DNA from: Utricularia gibba
Taxonomy: Eukaryota; Plantae; Magnoliophyta
Length of the DNA: 64,000 nucleotides
Direction of reading: 5' to 3'
Assembly: GCA_002189035.1 (NCBI GenBank)
Contig: CM007989.1
Location: forward strand, 3,968,001 to 4,032,000
A model generated the notes under the pieces. That model was not told the origin of the DNA, did not search any database, and saw only the letters and a program-made list of their open reading frames with translations. Shown here one piece after another: positions 51,006 through 63,863 of this stretch (position 1 is its first letter; each line of letters opens with the position of its first letter). Made by a program: the position numbers and the translations under genes.

Positions 51006-52461
51006 TTACTGCGGTAAATGCTGCCCCACTTCTAGAACACCCATTGCTGTGAACTTGGCTAGCTCGTTCTCCTCCATGAACTGTCTATTTTGCCTCCTGG
51101 TTCCCCCGACTCCCAAAAAGTCACGGGTTAACCCGCTTTCTGCATCCATGGTCGCCGGAGTTGGCAGCAGAACTCCGGTGGGCAAGGGTGAATGATTCAT
51201 GTGGAAAACAGAGTCACTGCTTCTCGTTGATCCCATCTGGGATGCTCTTTGCAGCAACGCGGTGGCGGACATGTGCGGCAGCGGCGCGTGTGTTTCAGAG
51301 GGGTGGTGGTTGTAGTAGAGTGAAGGAGTGATCGTGTCAGGAAAGCTTCCGCCTTTGACATTTTCCTCTTCTTTCAGCAGTCTGGGGATGGAGGAACAAG
51401 CCGCCATGTTCATATTATCGCTTCCGGCGTACTGGGTCATCTCCTGTCCGCCGGAAAACCACTCATTCTGCGACCCCAGATTGATAATTTCCGGTAAAGA
51501 GGAGGACGAGCTCTGTGAATAGAAGAAGTTGACGTTAGGAGCACCAATGTTGTGTACCCAGATTGGAATCCTGCCTTTTTGCAAATCCATATTCAGCTGA
51601 TTCCCTGTTTCCATTCCGCCGATATCCTGCCGGAATATCCCTGGAAACTGTGGATCTCCCACATTCGCCACCGGCGCCGGCGGCGGAAATCGAGGCGTTT
51701 CCTCCGCCAGCGTATCGCAGAATGCTCTGTGCGTGATGAAGCTATCCTTCCTGATTCGATATAAAAAAGAAAATCAAATAAGCCAACATTAGTATCCGCA
51801 TTTAATGCTTCAGACAGCAATCATGGAAACAATAAATACCAAACATCCCAGTTGAAGAATCTCAGTTTCACCTGGAGAAAAGAGTGCCGCAGTCACATTT
51901 ATACTCCCTGGTGCCACAAATCTTGGTATGCGCCTTCCAATCAGATTGAACGGCATATTTTTTGGAACACTTATCGCATTTCCATTTCTTCTCGCCGTGT
52001 TTCCGGCTGAAGTGCTTCTTGATTCCGGTGAGGTCGCCGAGAGCTCGCGACGGGTCGTGGTGGATGCAAGTTTTCTCCGGGCAGATGTAGACTTTCTTCT
52101 TCACTTGTTCCTTGCTGCTTCTTTGCTTGAGCTTCCATGGCAGATTGTGGCCGCGCCGGTGGAGCTGCAGATTTTGGTCGCGCTGGAAGCCCTTGTTGCA
52201 GATCTCGCAGATGAATCTGTTGGTCGCCATCAACGACCGCGGCGAGAGCGCCACCACCTCCGCCTCCGGATCTGCACAACACTAAATTACACACATTCCA
52301 AGTCTCGGAAGTTTATATTCCACTGGATTGAATATGTATAAACCTGGAGTCCCGGGGAGACTTCGCTTGCGTTTAAGGGGATTAGGGTTTGCAGGAGGAT
52401 CCTGAGCAGCAGCTCGAATGGAGGAGCCCGAGTGAAGGAGACGAACCCCATCATTTGACAT
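51006..52461 (-). CDS. INDETERMINATE DOMAIN (IDD/BIRD) C2H2 zinc-finger transcription factor
   Basis: Exons 52461-52344, 52271-51872, 51750-51006. KRKRSLPGTPDPEAEVVALSP, FICEICNKGFQRDQNLQLHRRGH, WKCDKCSKKYAVQSDWKAH, CDCGTLFSRKDSFITHRAFC, MSATALLQRA, LTRDFLGVG. Confidence 0.93.
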
Positions 52462-55400
52462 GATTTGTTTTGGAGGAAAGGGTCAAAGAGATGCAGCAAC
52501 CAAAAGGGTGAAAGAAACAAGCAGAAAATTTAGCTGAAACTAGAAAGAAACCGTAGTGGCTTTGGAGGAAAACACAAGGAGCGGAGAAGCAAAGGGGCAG
52601 ATGTTTGTTTGATTGCTCATGGGGTGCATGTTTATGTTGGTTCGTGAAGGAGAAAAAGTAAGCTTTTTTGCTGATAGATTCGACGAAGGGAAACCTAAAA
52701 GGTCTCAGCTAAGCTTTGCAGGAGGCAGCAGATAGAGTAGAATACAATACAATACAATAGAATACAATACATTACAATATTCACCTCTCTCTCTTATCCC
52801 ACGAGAGACATGGCAGCCTGTGCTGCGCTGTGCTGTTTACTCTCAACAAGTCGCCAGCGACTGAGGTCCCGGAGTGGACCACTTCATGCCTTCATTCTTC
52901 ATTTCAGCTCCTCCCACACACCTACTCACACATGGTGCCTGAAATTCAAATTCAGATGCATCATGCGGTAACAGTCTCAAGGGCGAGAAGACAGATGAAC
53001 AGGAAGACCCCATGAAATCCCCCACTGATATGCCATACCAGACCCTACATTATTTGCGTGGGCACCATTATCGGGGTAGCCATAAGCCACGGATTTAGCG
53101 CATTAGAAGTATGTGTAAAGTAGGACTAGTTTGGCTGGATGCACAATGAGTTTTGATAAAATCTAGTGGAAGATGTGTTTATTTGATGAAGCATTAGTAT
53201 TCAAGGATGTTCCAAATGACTATAAACAAATAGATAGCCATTAGTTTGGTAGGAGAGGTTAGGTATGATATGTGGGTGCGGAAATCTGTAGCTAGAGATT
53301 GTTGAAATCAATAATTACATCAATGTAAAACTCAATTACATAATAAATATAAATCACGTTGAAAAAATTAGACTCAATTAATTATTAATAATATGTAATT
53401 TCTTAGATACTTAACTATTTTAATTTTAAATCTTGATATGATATTATTTGTTCTAATAGAGATATGATGATAATGTACCTTTTAGAAATCTACTAAACTT
53501 GTACAAAGGAATTTACACGAAGACAATGATGACACAAAGTAAAAAATTGTTCGATTATGAATACATGTTTGACTCATAATAGCAAAGGGAGAATATTATA
53601 TGTCAAATATAAAGTATTGATTGAGAGAGATGCATAGAAAAGAAGATTAACTTTAATATATGGGTGAAAAATGTGAAAAATAAGTGGAATCTGTTCTCTA
53701 TTCATTGGTGGATTGCATTGACTTGGAGATTTTTGAAATTGTTTGAAAGGATGATAGGATAGCAATATACGTTTATAATAGAATCAATATGTAGCTTTCA
53801 CATAAGAAATATCATCAAAAGTCAAAAAGTAACATAAAGATTATCTCATATGTTCCACTGTACATTATATGGAATCAAATAAATGTCAAATGGTTTTTTA
53901 ATAAACTGAATATTTATTATCAAAACAACTGGATAAAGTATAATTTATGAACTAACAATAAATATACGAAGAATTAATATATTTAGTGATTTAAACTGAT
54001 ACTAAGACCGTTTGTTTATTAAATACATTGAAGAATTGTATACAATAACTATCATTTATATTTTTATACTCAAAATTAAGTATTTTAGTATTTTATCATA
54101 AAAAGTAAAAATATTTATTAATAAAATCCATCTACAAGATAACATTTGATTTCACTATAGGTCATGCATTCAATCACAAAATTCTAAAAATATCATATAT
54201 TAAATAACATTTCAACTTCACTCATTTAGACTTTTGCTATGAGTTTTATATTAAAATAAAAAATTAATAATAAAGATGATCATTTTTATCATACATTAAT
54301 TAATTTTATGAATGATGAGTCTCTAAATCAATCCTTTTCTAAATGAGTGCATTCTCATGCAAGTACAAGTGCAGTGGGTGTATGAAAAAGAGCCAGAGAT
54401 GTGAAGATTGGAAATCAAATCTTTCAACACCAAATTTCAAATCAAGAAAAAGCAAAAAAAATGGATTGAGAGGAAGAAAGAAAAGCTTTTTACACCAAAA
54501 AGTATGCGCCACAATGATTATGGCATTATTGGCCTTTTAGACCAAGGAGCATTTTCTTTCTCGCCCCTCAACTTCCACAATAACTCCCCCGGGTACCCTA
54601 ACTTTTCAAAATTATAATTTCGGCACCCCCTCTCAAGCTTATTCAACTTATGTGCGTCAAATCCATCACTCACAAAAATAAATTACTATATATGCATATT
54701 ATTCAAATGGTAAATTTGAATTATTATTATTATTATGATACTAATGTATTTTATTGATAACTATTCAAATTTTATTTTATTATTAACTCTAATGAAACCT
54801 TTTTCTTTTCCTATTATTGTATGAAAAGGATGAATTAAAATATACCAAATCTATATAGGAATTAGGTTTTTATAAATTTATGTAATATGATTAACTAAAA
54901 ATTAAAAAATCAATTACATTTATTTTATCTTTCAAATTAAACATATATTGTTTATTAAACTCAAGATATTCAAGGCTTACCAAACAAGTCTTCAAATGAT
55001 TATTTTTCTCATATACATATGAGTTGGCCATTTATGCAAAGGGTAAATTAGAAAAGTGGCCATATATTAAAGATTGAAAAAAATGAGCACCTCATATATA
55101 CAATTTTTGTAATGTATGAGAAACACAATAGCCACTTTTTTTAATGGCCAATTACGTAGATGAACTGTTTTCTCGGAGGTTCTTCCACGCTATGGTGTTT
55201 CCCTTACAATGTGGATGTTTGTAGAAGATGCAAGTTTTTGACCAAATAAATATCATCAATCTGTGGGACTTTTGATGCCACCAAATTTGTTACCCTGGAT
55301 CCCATTCTGAGTAATGTAATAAGGACTTACACATTGCACCTGCTAAATGCATCATCACCTGGGAGGTCATTCTTTACAGCCAACACTTGATTGTTTGGAT

Positions 55401-55838
55401 CACCTTTTTCTTGAGAATGATGATGGTGTTCCAGAGTTGGAGCCAAAAGTTGTCAATGACTGAGAGGATGGGGTGCAATGAACACAACTATGCTGCATTC
55501 CCAGTTCTGAATCAAATTCTATTTTCAACAACGCAAGATGAAATAAGAAATTCCACTATACATCCGATATATGAAAAATAAAAGTTGCCCATCTCTCTCT
55601 GCAGGTTATAGAAAATGTTTCATCAAAAGGTGGGAAATAGATGAATAAATTGCTGTTCTCCAAAAAAAAATTACAACGGCAATAAGGCCATCAAGTAAAT
55701 TATTTGAACATTTATGGGTTCAGTATAGTACACACGAGTAACAGGGAAGAATGTGATAGTGAGTGCTATAAATCTGGATGCTTTCTGCATTTTTTTCTTT
55801 CTGTGAAGGCATGAATGAGCACAATACCAAGATAGGAA

Positions 55839-58822
55839 TCAGCATGGTTTCTCTTGCAGGCAGTTTCGGAAGAAGCGAATCCCCTGTTGTTTCAAGTACC
55901 ATGGTTATATTGCAAGTAGATGTTTAAAAGTAGGTTTCGTTTGCTTACCTGAAGTGCGAAAGCAACATCTGCTTCGTCCACCTTCAGTGAAACTCTCTTT
56001 AGCTTGTCTTTTTTTGACTGTCTTAGTTGCAGAATTCCCTGGAAGTTGGAGTCAATCACCGTAGTGAAGAAGCACAGTTGTGTTGAATGGCTGTTCTAAA
56101 TCATGGGGGTTTCTGTATGTTTACCTGGTCATCCAGCACTCTACACATACTTGAAAGTTCAATTATGGTGACTGGAGGGATGTGAGTTGATTTGCATAGA
56201 TCCACGTAACATTTGCTTAGCTGCGGAAGCAGTGGAGAATGGATCATATGGCTTGGAATTAGGGAGATGGCATTGAAAAATTATGTAAACCCATACTTCA
56301 TCTATGCATGCATCCTTCTTCTCCCCGTTGAAAAGCTTCAAAGCAGAGCAAAGTATAACCTGAAAAAACAGTCCGTCTGATTTGTTCCAACATATGGTCG
56401 ACAGCATAATGCATCAAGACTTGAAAATTATCTACCTGTTGATGGAGAGGCAGCGTTTGAATAGTATTTACAACAGGAGACTTGAATGTTGTTGCCAGAG
56501 CGGAGGCAACATGATTTACAGTCACCTGAAGAAAAACACAGGATATGCAGCAATAAGATACAAAGCGAAATACGTTACGGTACACTGAACATCTTGTGTT
56601 GGAAAAAATCCACAGAATTTACCATGTTTCGACTTTCAGTAGGGCTTTTCCTGTCTTGGCTGTCCAATGATGATGACATTAGGTCCGTAGCAGTGTCTCT
56701 TTTCTCGGTTTCTAGTATTTCAATTGCACTCCTGCAACAACGAAGGGCGTTTGTCTGTAGAAGCTTAGCGAAGCAAGTGTTGTTTTATCAAAACAAAATA
56801 AGGCGAGGTACCAAACCTGCAAACTGAAAGGGCCTTTCTCATATCTCCAGATACTGCAGCCACTTTCTGCAGCATTAAAGCACGTTAATAGGAATTATCT
56901 ACAATACTGGGAATACAGAATCACAGCGTACTTCCAAAACACTGAGAAAAATTTAGTTATCACTATCACCTTTGCACAGAGTTCCAATGCTTGAGGTTGG
57001 AAGACTTCATACGGAAGCGCCTGTTAGAATTCAAATGTTTAAATGATATGGTACATGAAAGTGCTGTTTGCAATATGAATATGTATAGAACTCAAAAGGA
57101 TCAGCTTGTAGAGCAGAAAAAAAAAAAAAAAAATTACCCTGAGCCTCTCCTTAAGAATAGTGATTATTTGATCCTTGGAGTAGGCACAGAATCTTATAAC
57201 GACAGGCTTGCCTGGAAGATCCAAACTTGCAAGGATTATGCCATTGCCTAGTGGCAAGAGGTTAATGACTAGATATAACATAAAAAAGCACTCACAAATT
57301 TGAGCTCGTAATTTTGAAATAAGGTCAATGGTATTTGCGATCCCTGCAGAATGAGCAAATGAGTTCAAGCGACATTTAACAAGGGAGCATACCTATCGAA
57401 ATACATGTTGCTTTTCATACCTATCAAAATACACTTGGAGAATGGCAATGTTGTAAGTGTGAAAAGATGATCATGGGCAGCACGATCTTTAGCAAACAAA
57501 TAATCCAACTCGTCAACTATCACCAATCTAGCAGTTCAAAGTAACATGATAATATTTCCCAAGTATTCAGATACTGTGAACAAGAAGGCTATATTGTGAG
57601 TAATTCTGAGAAATTGAAAGATGAAATGCAATTGGAACATGGAAAGGTTTAAAAACTAGAGAATGATATAAAGATACTTACGTCATATTCAACTCAGGCA
57701 CCTGCTTCTTAGAATATAATTTCTGCAGAAGCTCTATTGATCCAAGGCCTTTTTCTTTTTCAAGAGGTTCGTTTTTTCCAAGGATCTGCAAAAACATGGT
57801 GTTCAATATTCCTTGTTAAATGGAACCGAATATGAGGATATTGGGGTACCATGCTGAAAATGGCGCTGGTATTTGTGACTGAAGTACAGTTAATTGATAC
57901 GATATCAGGCGCCTGAATGTTTTCCTGACAGACAAAAGGAGAGAACCCATGAAACATGCACCTTTGAAACTAATGCAGAGGTGGATAACATGCAAAGAGC
58001 ACTGCACAAAAACTTTGTGCGACAGCAGATTATGGATCATCAGCAACAAGAATGAATATATATTCCCGGTATTCATATTAAGCTGCAGTTCAAGCCAAAA
58101 AGCAATGCAGTCTCAAAGAATACCTCATTTGCCCAATTGATAAGAGCGCTTTTTACTCTATTAACAGATAATGATTTTCCGGTTCCAGGGCACCCACAAA
58201 CATACATACTCCCAGCTTTCTTCTTATTCATAGACTTCTTGCAAAATTCCAAGATGCTGTCCTGCTCATCCTCGCGACAAACAACAGCTTTTTGAGGTGT
58301 TGAGACATGCAGGGCCTCCTTTACGGCACTCAACTGCTCCGCATCTATTCCAAGTTCCAGAGAAAATCAAGCAAGACTACGAAAAAAGGCCCAAAGGCAG
58401 AGAAGAATCTCATTTTTGCTCACCCATAGGATCCCAAATCGTCATCTCACTTGAAGTATCAGATAATCTACATTCTTCTGATGATTCCTGGAGATCACGA
58501 ACCACCTGAACCACAATTCAAAATTCAAAAATATTGGCCCCGATGCAGACCAACGTAATCCAAAATCACCAGTAAAATCCGTCCGTGACTAATCATACAG
58601 ATAACACGCCGGCAAAAATCAGATCAAGATCCATCTCATTATCCTCACTTGACAAGAGTACTTTTCATTAACCTGGTGATTATCACATATCCGGTGCGAT
58701 TTACGCAGCGGCGATCCATCCAACGCATTCTGCTCCGATCTCAACCTTCTTCTTTTGGAAGCAGAAGAAGAGATCGCAGTTATAGCAAGAGCATCTTCCA
58801 TGCCTCCGGCGACAGTCAACAT
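55839..58822 (-). CDS. CDC6: Cell division control protein 6 (replication licensing AAA+ ATPase), about 492 aa
   Basis: 16 exons: 58822-58649, 58505-58424, 58344-58124, 57924-57850, 57785-57682, 57527-57421, 57343-57296, 57211-57138, 57020-56970, 56866-56817, 56731-56623, 56525-56436, 56359-56297, 56220-56125, 56038-55949, 55883-55839. Walker A GCPGTGKS, Walker B LVIVDELD, SGDMRKALSVCR, terminal GIRFFRNCL. Confidence 0.92.
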
Positions 58823-58896
58823 TGTCCGTAGGGGCTACCTGGAACTGTGTGTTCACCAGCGGAGATATGATGAATTCTTCCACATGGAATGTAACC

Positions 58897-58922
58897 GCGG
58901 GAAAGTGCATGGTGGCGGGAAA
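58897..58922 (-). promoter_or_regulatory. Two tandem E2F-binding sites upstream of CDC6
   Basis: TTTCCCGC on minus at 58904-58897 and 58922-58915, 75-100 bp upstream of the ATG; E2F control of plant CDC6 is established. Confidence 0.85.
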
Positions 58923-60130
58923 GTAACAACGGGCCGAGCCCACTTTAATTTACGGGTTGGGCTCATGTAAAATGCCAAATCTTTTTTATTATTTTATTTT
59001 TTTCTCGTGCATTTATTATTTCCTTGGATATTTTCCAAAATTAGAATATATTTTATATGTTTGTGTACGCCTTTAGATAGACATATTTGTTAATATACAC
59101 ATGATTTAAAAAATAATTATATAATTGGTTCAAACATGTTTTTGAAAACTATATTTATTAATTAAATGAATTTTGGTTTATTTATTTTGTAATATAAAGC
59201 ATTTTTAATTTATGAATAAATTAAAGAATATGTTTAATTCATTCAAATAATCATTTTCTTTTTTAATATTTTAAATTAATAATACATTCCATATATTTTT
59301 GTAATGATGAAGTTTGTTGACAATATTCCAAATTACAATTAATATAAATAATTTAATTTTTAAGTTTCAAAATTGTATCATAAATTATTTAAGTTTTTTT
59401 ACAAATAATCTGCCTCTAAATTTATGAAATTATATCTTTAATTTGTTCTATTATCAAAATTAAATAATTTTAATTCTAATATAGTTATAATGATATATCA
59501 TATGAGATGTAAAAATGATATAACCCTAATAGAGATATTATTTGATTTGTTGAATTTTAGATGTAACGCTAAAGACTCTAATACAAAATTTTATTGGATT
59601 TAGAACAAAAAACGGCTCACGATGCTATTAACCGATTTATTTTTTAAAAAAATTGAAAAATATTTGGATATTCATTTCAACATTTTGATGAATCAAATGT
59701 TTTTTTATAATTTTTAAAATTGAAAATTAAATTATTTATATTAATTGAAACTTTAAATATTTTATTACAATTTTCTCATTTTTGTAATATTAATTCTAAA
59801 TAAATATATTAAACATAATATTATTTTTAAATACATAATTATAAAAATTATGTATCAATCACTTTAATAATTAAATAATACGTCTTTATCTAAGCATTAA
59901 TAATTTAACTACATTATTAATTAAAATATCTTATTTTTTCCAGACATTAATGATCTTTGTCCAATTCTTTCCCCTGTGAATTGTGATGTCCGAATCGCAC
60001 AGTCATACTGCATCCAACACATCAAGAAAACACACAAACAAACCAGACAATGTATACCCCATGTGCCACCAGATCAAGCATATAACCGAAAACAACACAC
60101 AAAGAGGCGAACCCCCGCTCTGTATTGCTT

Positions 60131-61599
60131 CTAAAAGTACCTGCTTGGCTGCTCCTTCTCCATCCTTGCCTCCCCGTAAGGCTCGTTGTTGTCCCTACGC
60201 CTGTTATGTCGAAATGCAGCGCAGGCGACGACCGTCACAATGACGAGGATGACAACAATGGCTATGTTGATCAAAGAGGCTCTCCTCCAGCTCTGTTTCA
60301 AGGTAGCTAACACCCCGGCTTTGCAAGAATTGCAGCTATAGCAGAGCTGCTGCTGGTCATTGCTCCACCTCCAGCAGTCGGGGTCGCTGCCGACTAGTCC
60401 GTCTCCGGCGATCCACACCGTCTCGTTGGCGTAGGCGAATCCACAGGATGTGGGAGGCTTACAGCAACCAGACTGGGATACAATTGAGATAAGAATCAGG
60501 AAAAAGATTTCCCAGAGTTTCAAGGTTATGGAATGCATATCAGTCATATGACAGGTTGGGGAAGTAAGTGATCATATTGCAGAGCTGCATCTGAATCAGA
60601 TGCCTTGAAGATCCCTCACACAATTAGCAAATATCTACAGATTCATGTTTAGCAGGTTACTTAGAGATTTGGTTCAGTGCCTGGAGCTTAGACAAACATG
60701 AACAGATCTCATAGCTAGAGAATCTTTCTGTCCTTTGATGTGCTCTGTTTTAAGGAGACTCTTGGGCTCGAGAAATTGAAAGCCACATGAATACTATTAA
60801 GAACAAGCCTGAGAATGAACAGGGGTCGTCCAGAATAAGTTTCAAGCAATAAACAACTCGAGAACCAACAAAAGATGGAATCTTTTTGTGCTGCAAGAAG
60901 AACCCAGATTCCAGAAATTTGGAATGATTCAATTAATTCGAAACTAACTTAATCTGGGGTTTCCCATAAACGGGTAAAGGGATACGAATCCATAGTTTAG
61001 GAATAGGAAAAGCTTGCAGATTTGCTAAAGAAAGACAGGGATCAATTTACGGGAAAAGGGGTCAAAGTTGGGCATCTTTCCCATACCTCAATAGGAGTAA
61101 GCCGCCGGAGATAAAAAGCATCCGGAGACTCCGGCACCCCGGCGAAGCTCCGCCCCATCCTTCCGCAAACACGAGAATCCCTAATGCAAAAAGCGATGTT
61201 CCTCCAATAGCTCTGCGTCGCGACTCGATCGGCGAGCCAGCCTGAGTAATCCTCCAGAGAGTAATCCAAATAAGCCCTGTTCATCACCGGGCGCCCAGAG
61301 CCGGTACCCGTGACGGAGTAGGCAAAAATGACGAAGCCGACGAGGGCGGTGATTATGATGACCATCGCCCATAGATACACGTACATGAGGAAAGTATTCC
61401 GGTAGCAAGCGCCCACGAGGCCGGCCAAAGAAACAACCATAAGAGAGATTCCGATTATGATGATCGGCCACTGCAGGAAGCGGAGGCACTCGGTGTTGTT
61501 GGCGCGCGTGCTCAGCCATATCCCTCCGCCGAGGACGGGGACGGAGAGCAGGAAGGTGAGGAAGTTGAGTGCGCCTATTAAGTGGTTGCTGGTTCTCAT
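60131..61599 (-). CDS. Tetraspanin, TET3/TET4-like, 284 aa
   Basis: Exons 61599-61087 and 60472-60131. MRTSNHLIGALNFLTFLLSVPVLGGGIWL, CLRFLQWP, DYSLEDYSGWL, plant SGCCKPP motif, CYSCNSCKAGVL, YGEARMEKEQPS. Confidence 0.93.
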
Positions 61600-62396
61600 G
61601 GCAGCAGTAGCGGTGCGCAGAAGCGTGATGAGCAGACAACCGAAAAGAAGCTATAGGTGACAGACAGCTCCCCGCAAAAATGTAATAATTAAAAGTATTT
61701 GATGTCACATATCCCGAACTCCTAACTGAATTGGTTGGATTTTTGGGAATGAACACTGCCGACTGTCTTCTACTCCTCTACCCTCGTTTTAAAAACGATT
61801 TAGCCGCAGTGTTTAGATGGGTTGATGATTTGGGAATCATATATGATATCTTTGCTTTCACACGATTGAGGATCCACTCCAATGAAGTTGATGATATATT
61901 TGTTGAAATTAAGTATCTGATTAGTCAGTTGAGTATGTGTTAAGTTCAATTATATAAAAAAAACGTAAATTATATTATGAAAGATTAAATACAATTAATT
62001 ATTAGTGATATATAATTTTTTATATATTTAAATACTTTATTTTCATTTTAATTGATTGTTATAATAATATTAATAAGATTTGTTGTCCATTTGATCCAAG
62101 TGCAACCGTCGTGGGTCGGCGCCACCACTCGCATCACGGCGTCGACAATATCGGGCAGCGGGGAGATGCTTGGTGGTGGTCATTAGCCGTCCATGGGGAC
62201 GGACGACCATCAACAATGATACAATCCAATTGGGAAAACAATTAGATTTTTAGGTTTAAAATTTTTTTTATCATAGATATTCAAGAATTTTTATTTTTAA
62301 TAAATTAATCTCATTTATCTTAATTGCGCACACATTGAAATATTTAGGCTAAAAAATTTTCTGAATCGGGTCGGTCCAGTAGCTTATTTCTAAAGG

Positions 62397-62434
62397 AGGC
62401 CCAGGCCCGGTACGACATTCCCTTTCTATAAATA
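62397..62434 (+). promoter_or_regulatory. Site II (GGCCCA) plus TATA promoter of the snoRNA transcription unit
   Basis: AGGCCCAGGCCCG at 62397-62409 and TATAAATA at 62427-62434, with no protein ORF downstream. Confidence 0.55.
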
Positions 62435-62642
62435 CCAATACTAGGGCTACGAAATTTCAAATGCGATACTCAGACTCTTGCAGACGCCGCCGCCTCGAGA
62501 TCTCCGGCGGTCGTCCTAGTAATCCCCTCCCTCTCGGATCGTTTGTGCCTTCGATATTCTTACTTTGCGATCGGTTTCGTTCCAGTGGCATTCGACTTGC
62601 GTCTGTATTTCTTCTGCAAGGTGTGCTGTTGATTGGGGAGCG

Positions 62643-62796
62643 TAGTCCATCTTGGCAAAGCTGAGGAGCCTTCGTGCTATGAGCAGCTTTGAATGCTAAT
62701 GGACTGAAAGCAAAAAAGAAAAAAGGGAAAAATCTCTCTATTCTTTCTGTATTCCGCCGATGGATTTGCAGATAAGAACCCACGAGAGAGACATTT
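62643..62796 (+). ncRNA. Box H/ACA snoRNA; 5' pocket predicted to guide pseudouridylation of 18S rRNA at AGCAUU-U-GCCAAG
   Basis: Hairpin 1: AGTCCAT(62644-50)/ATGGACT(62699-705) and CAAAGCTG/CAGCTTTG stems with pocket arms CTTGG and AATGCT. H box AAAGCA at 62707, 15 nt from the pocket. Hairpin 2: TCTCTC/GAGAGA and TCTGTA/TGCAGA. ACA at 62791-62793 followed by TTT. Confidence 0.8.
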
Positions 62797-63209
62797 CAAA
62801 ATTCAAATCGTCGAGTCGTCTTTTTCCGATAAAAATGTGCTTTGTTGATTGGGCTCCATGGTGGCCCGTTAATACGTGTCTGTCCGCCCCCCGCCCTCCA
62901 GGCCAACTATAACCGAATTTTAAGATTATTTTTGGACAAATTTATCCGTAAAATTAATTAACGAAATTCGGTGGATTATTTTTAAAGAAAATATTAAAAT
63001 TTTGAAATGATGTAGAGGGATGAGCTGAAGCTATAGATCAGTTGGTTTTGGGCAATCAAATGAAGACAAGAAGAAAGTACGGAAGGATTTCATCCATCAC
63101 CATAGTCTTCTCTCCCAGCTTCATCTTCCCACAAGACAAAAAAGAGAACAAAAACCCTAATTTTTTGTTATCTCGTTCACAATCTTTGTCACCTCTGCAG
63201 ATTCGTTGC

Positions 63210-63863
63210 TTAGAAGAGGGTTCCCACTTCATGATTCCCAGGAATTTCACTGTAAAACCAATTTGAGTGATGATGCGACTCTAAACCATCAAACGCCGCC
63301 AAGTTGGGGTTCCCCCAGATCGCAAGATCACTCAAGCTGGGGTTCCCCCGGAACCCCTGATCAGTATTCTTCTGAAAAAACCTGGAAACCGCAAGTGCGA
63401 GATCGTTGCTTGTGTCGTATTGCATAGTAGGCAAAGACAGGATCATGTGGTTGGGGATGGCGGGTGCAGTCGTAAGTTGGTGATCTTGAGTTCTTTTTGC
63501 AGGCGTGTTGGACCCCCTTTTGTTCCTCCGGTACCCACCGCCGACCGGGACATTCCGGAGCGTCCCACCTTTAGTCCAGTACCTTCTGCAGGACTTGCAG
63601 AAGTAGCGCGGCTGCGAGAGGCTGTAGTTGTTGTAGTAGCAGAACTTGGTGTTGGTGGAATCGCACCTCGGACATTTTAGCGCCTGCTGATCCATCGGCC
63701 TCGGCTTCCTGTCCTGCTGCTGTTTCGCTGAAACCAATACGCTCTCCAGAGTTCCCTGTCATACACATACACACATAAGTGACAATCCTTTCACCTCAAA
63801 TGCCCATCAAATAGGATGAAAACCACACCGCACCTGGTGGTGAAAGGAGTCTAAAGGATCCAT
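63210..63863 (-). CDS. Dof zinc-finger transcription factor, about 191 aa
   Basis: Exons 63863-63834 ([10 protein letters not shown]) and 63755-63210; Dof domain [49 protein letters not shown]. Confidence 0.9.
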
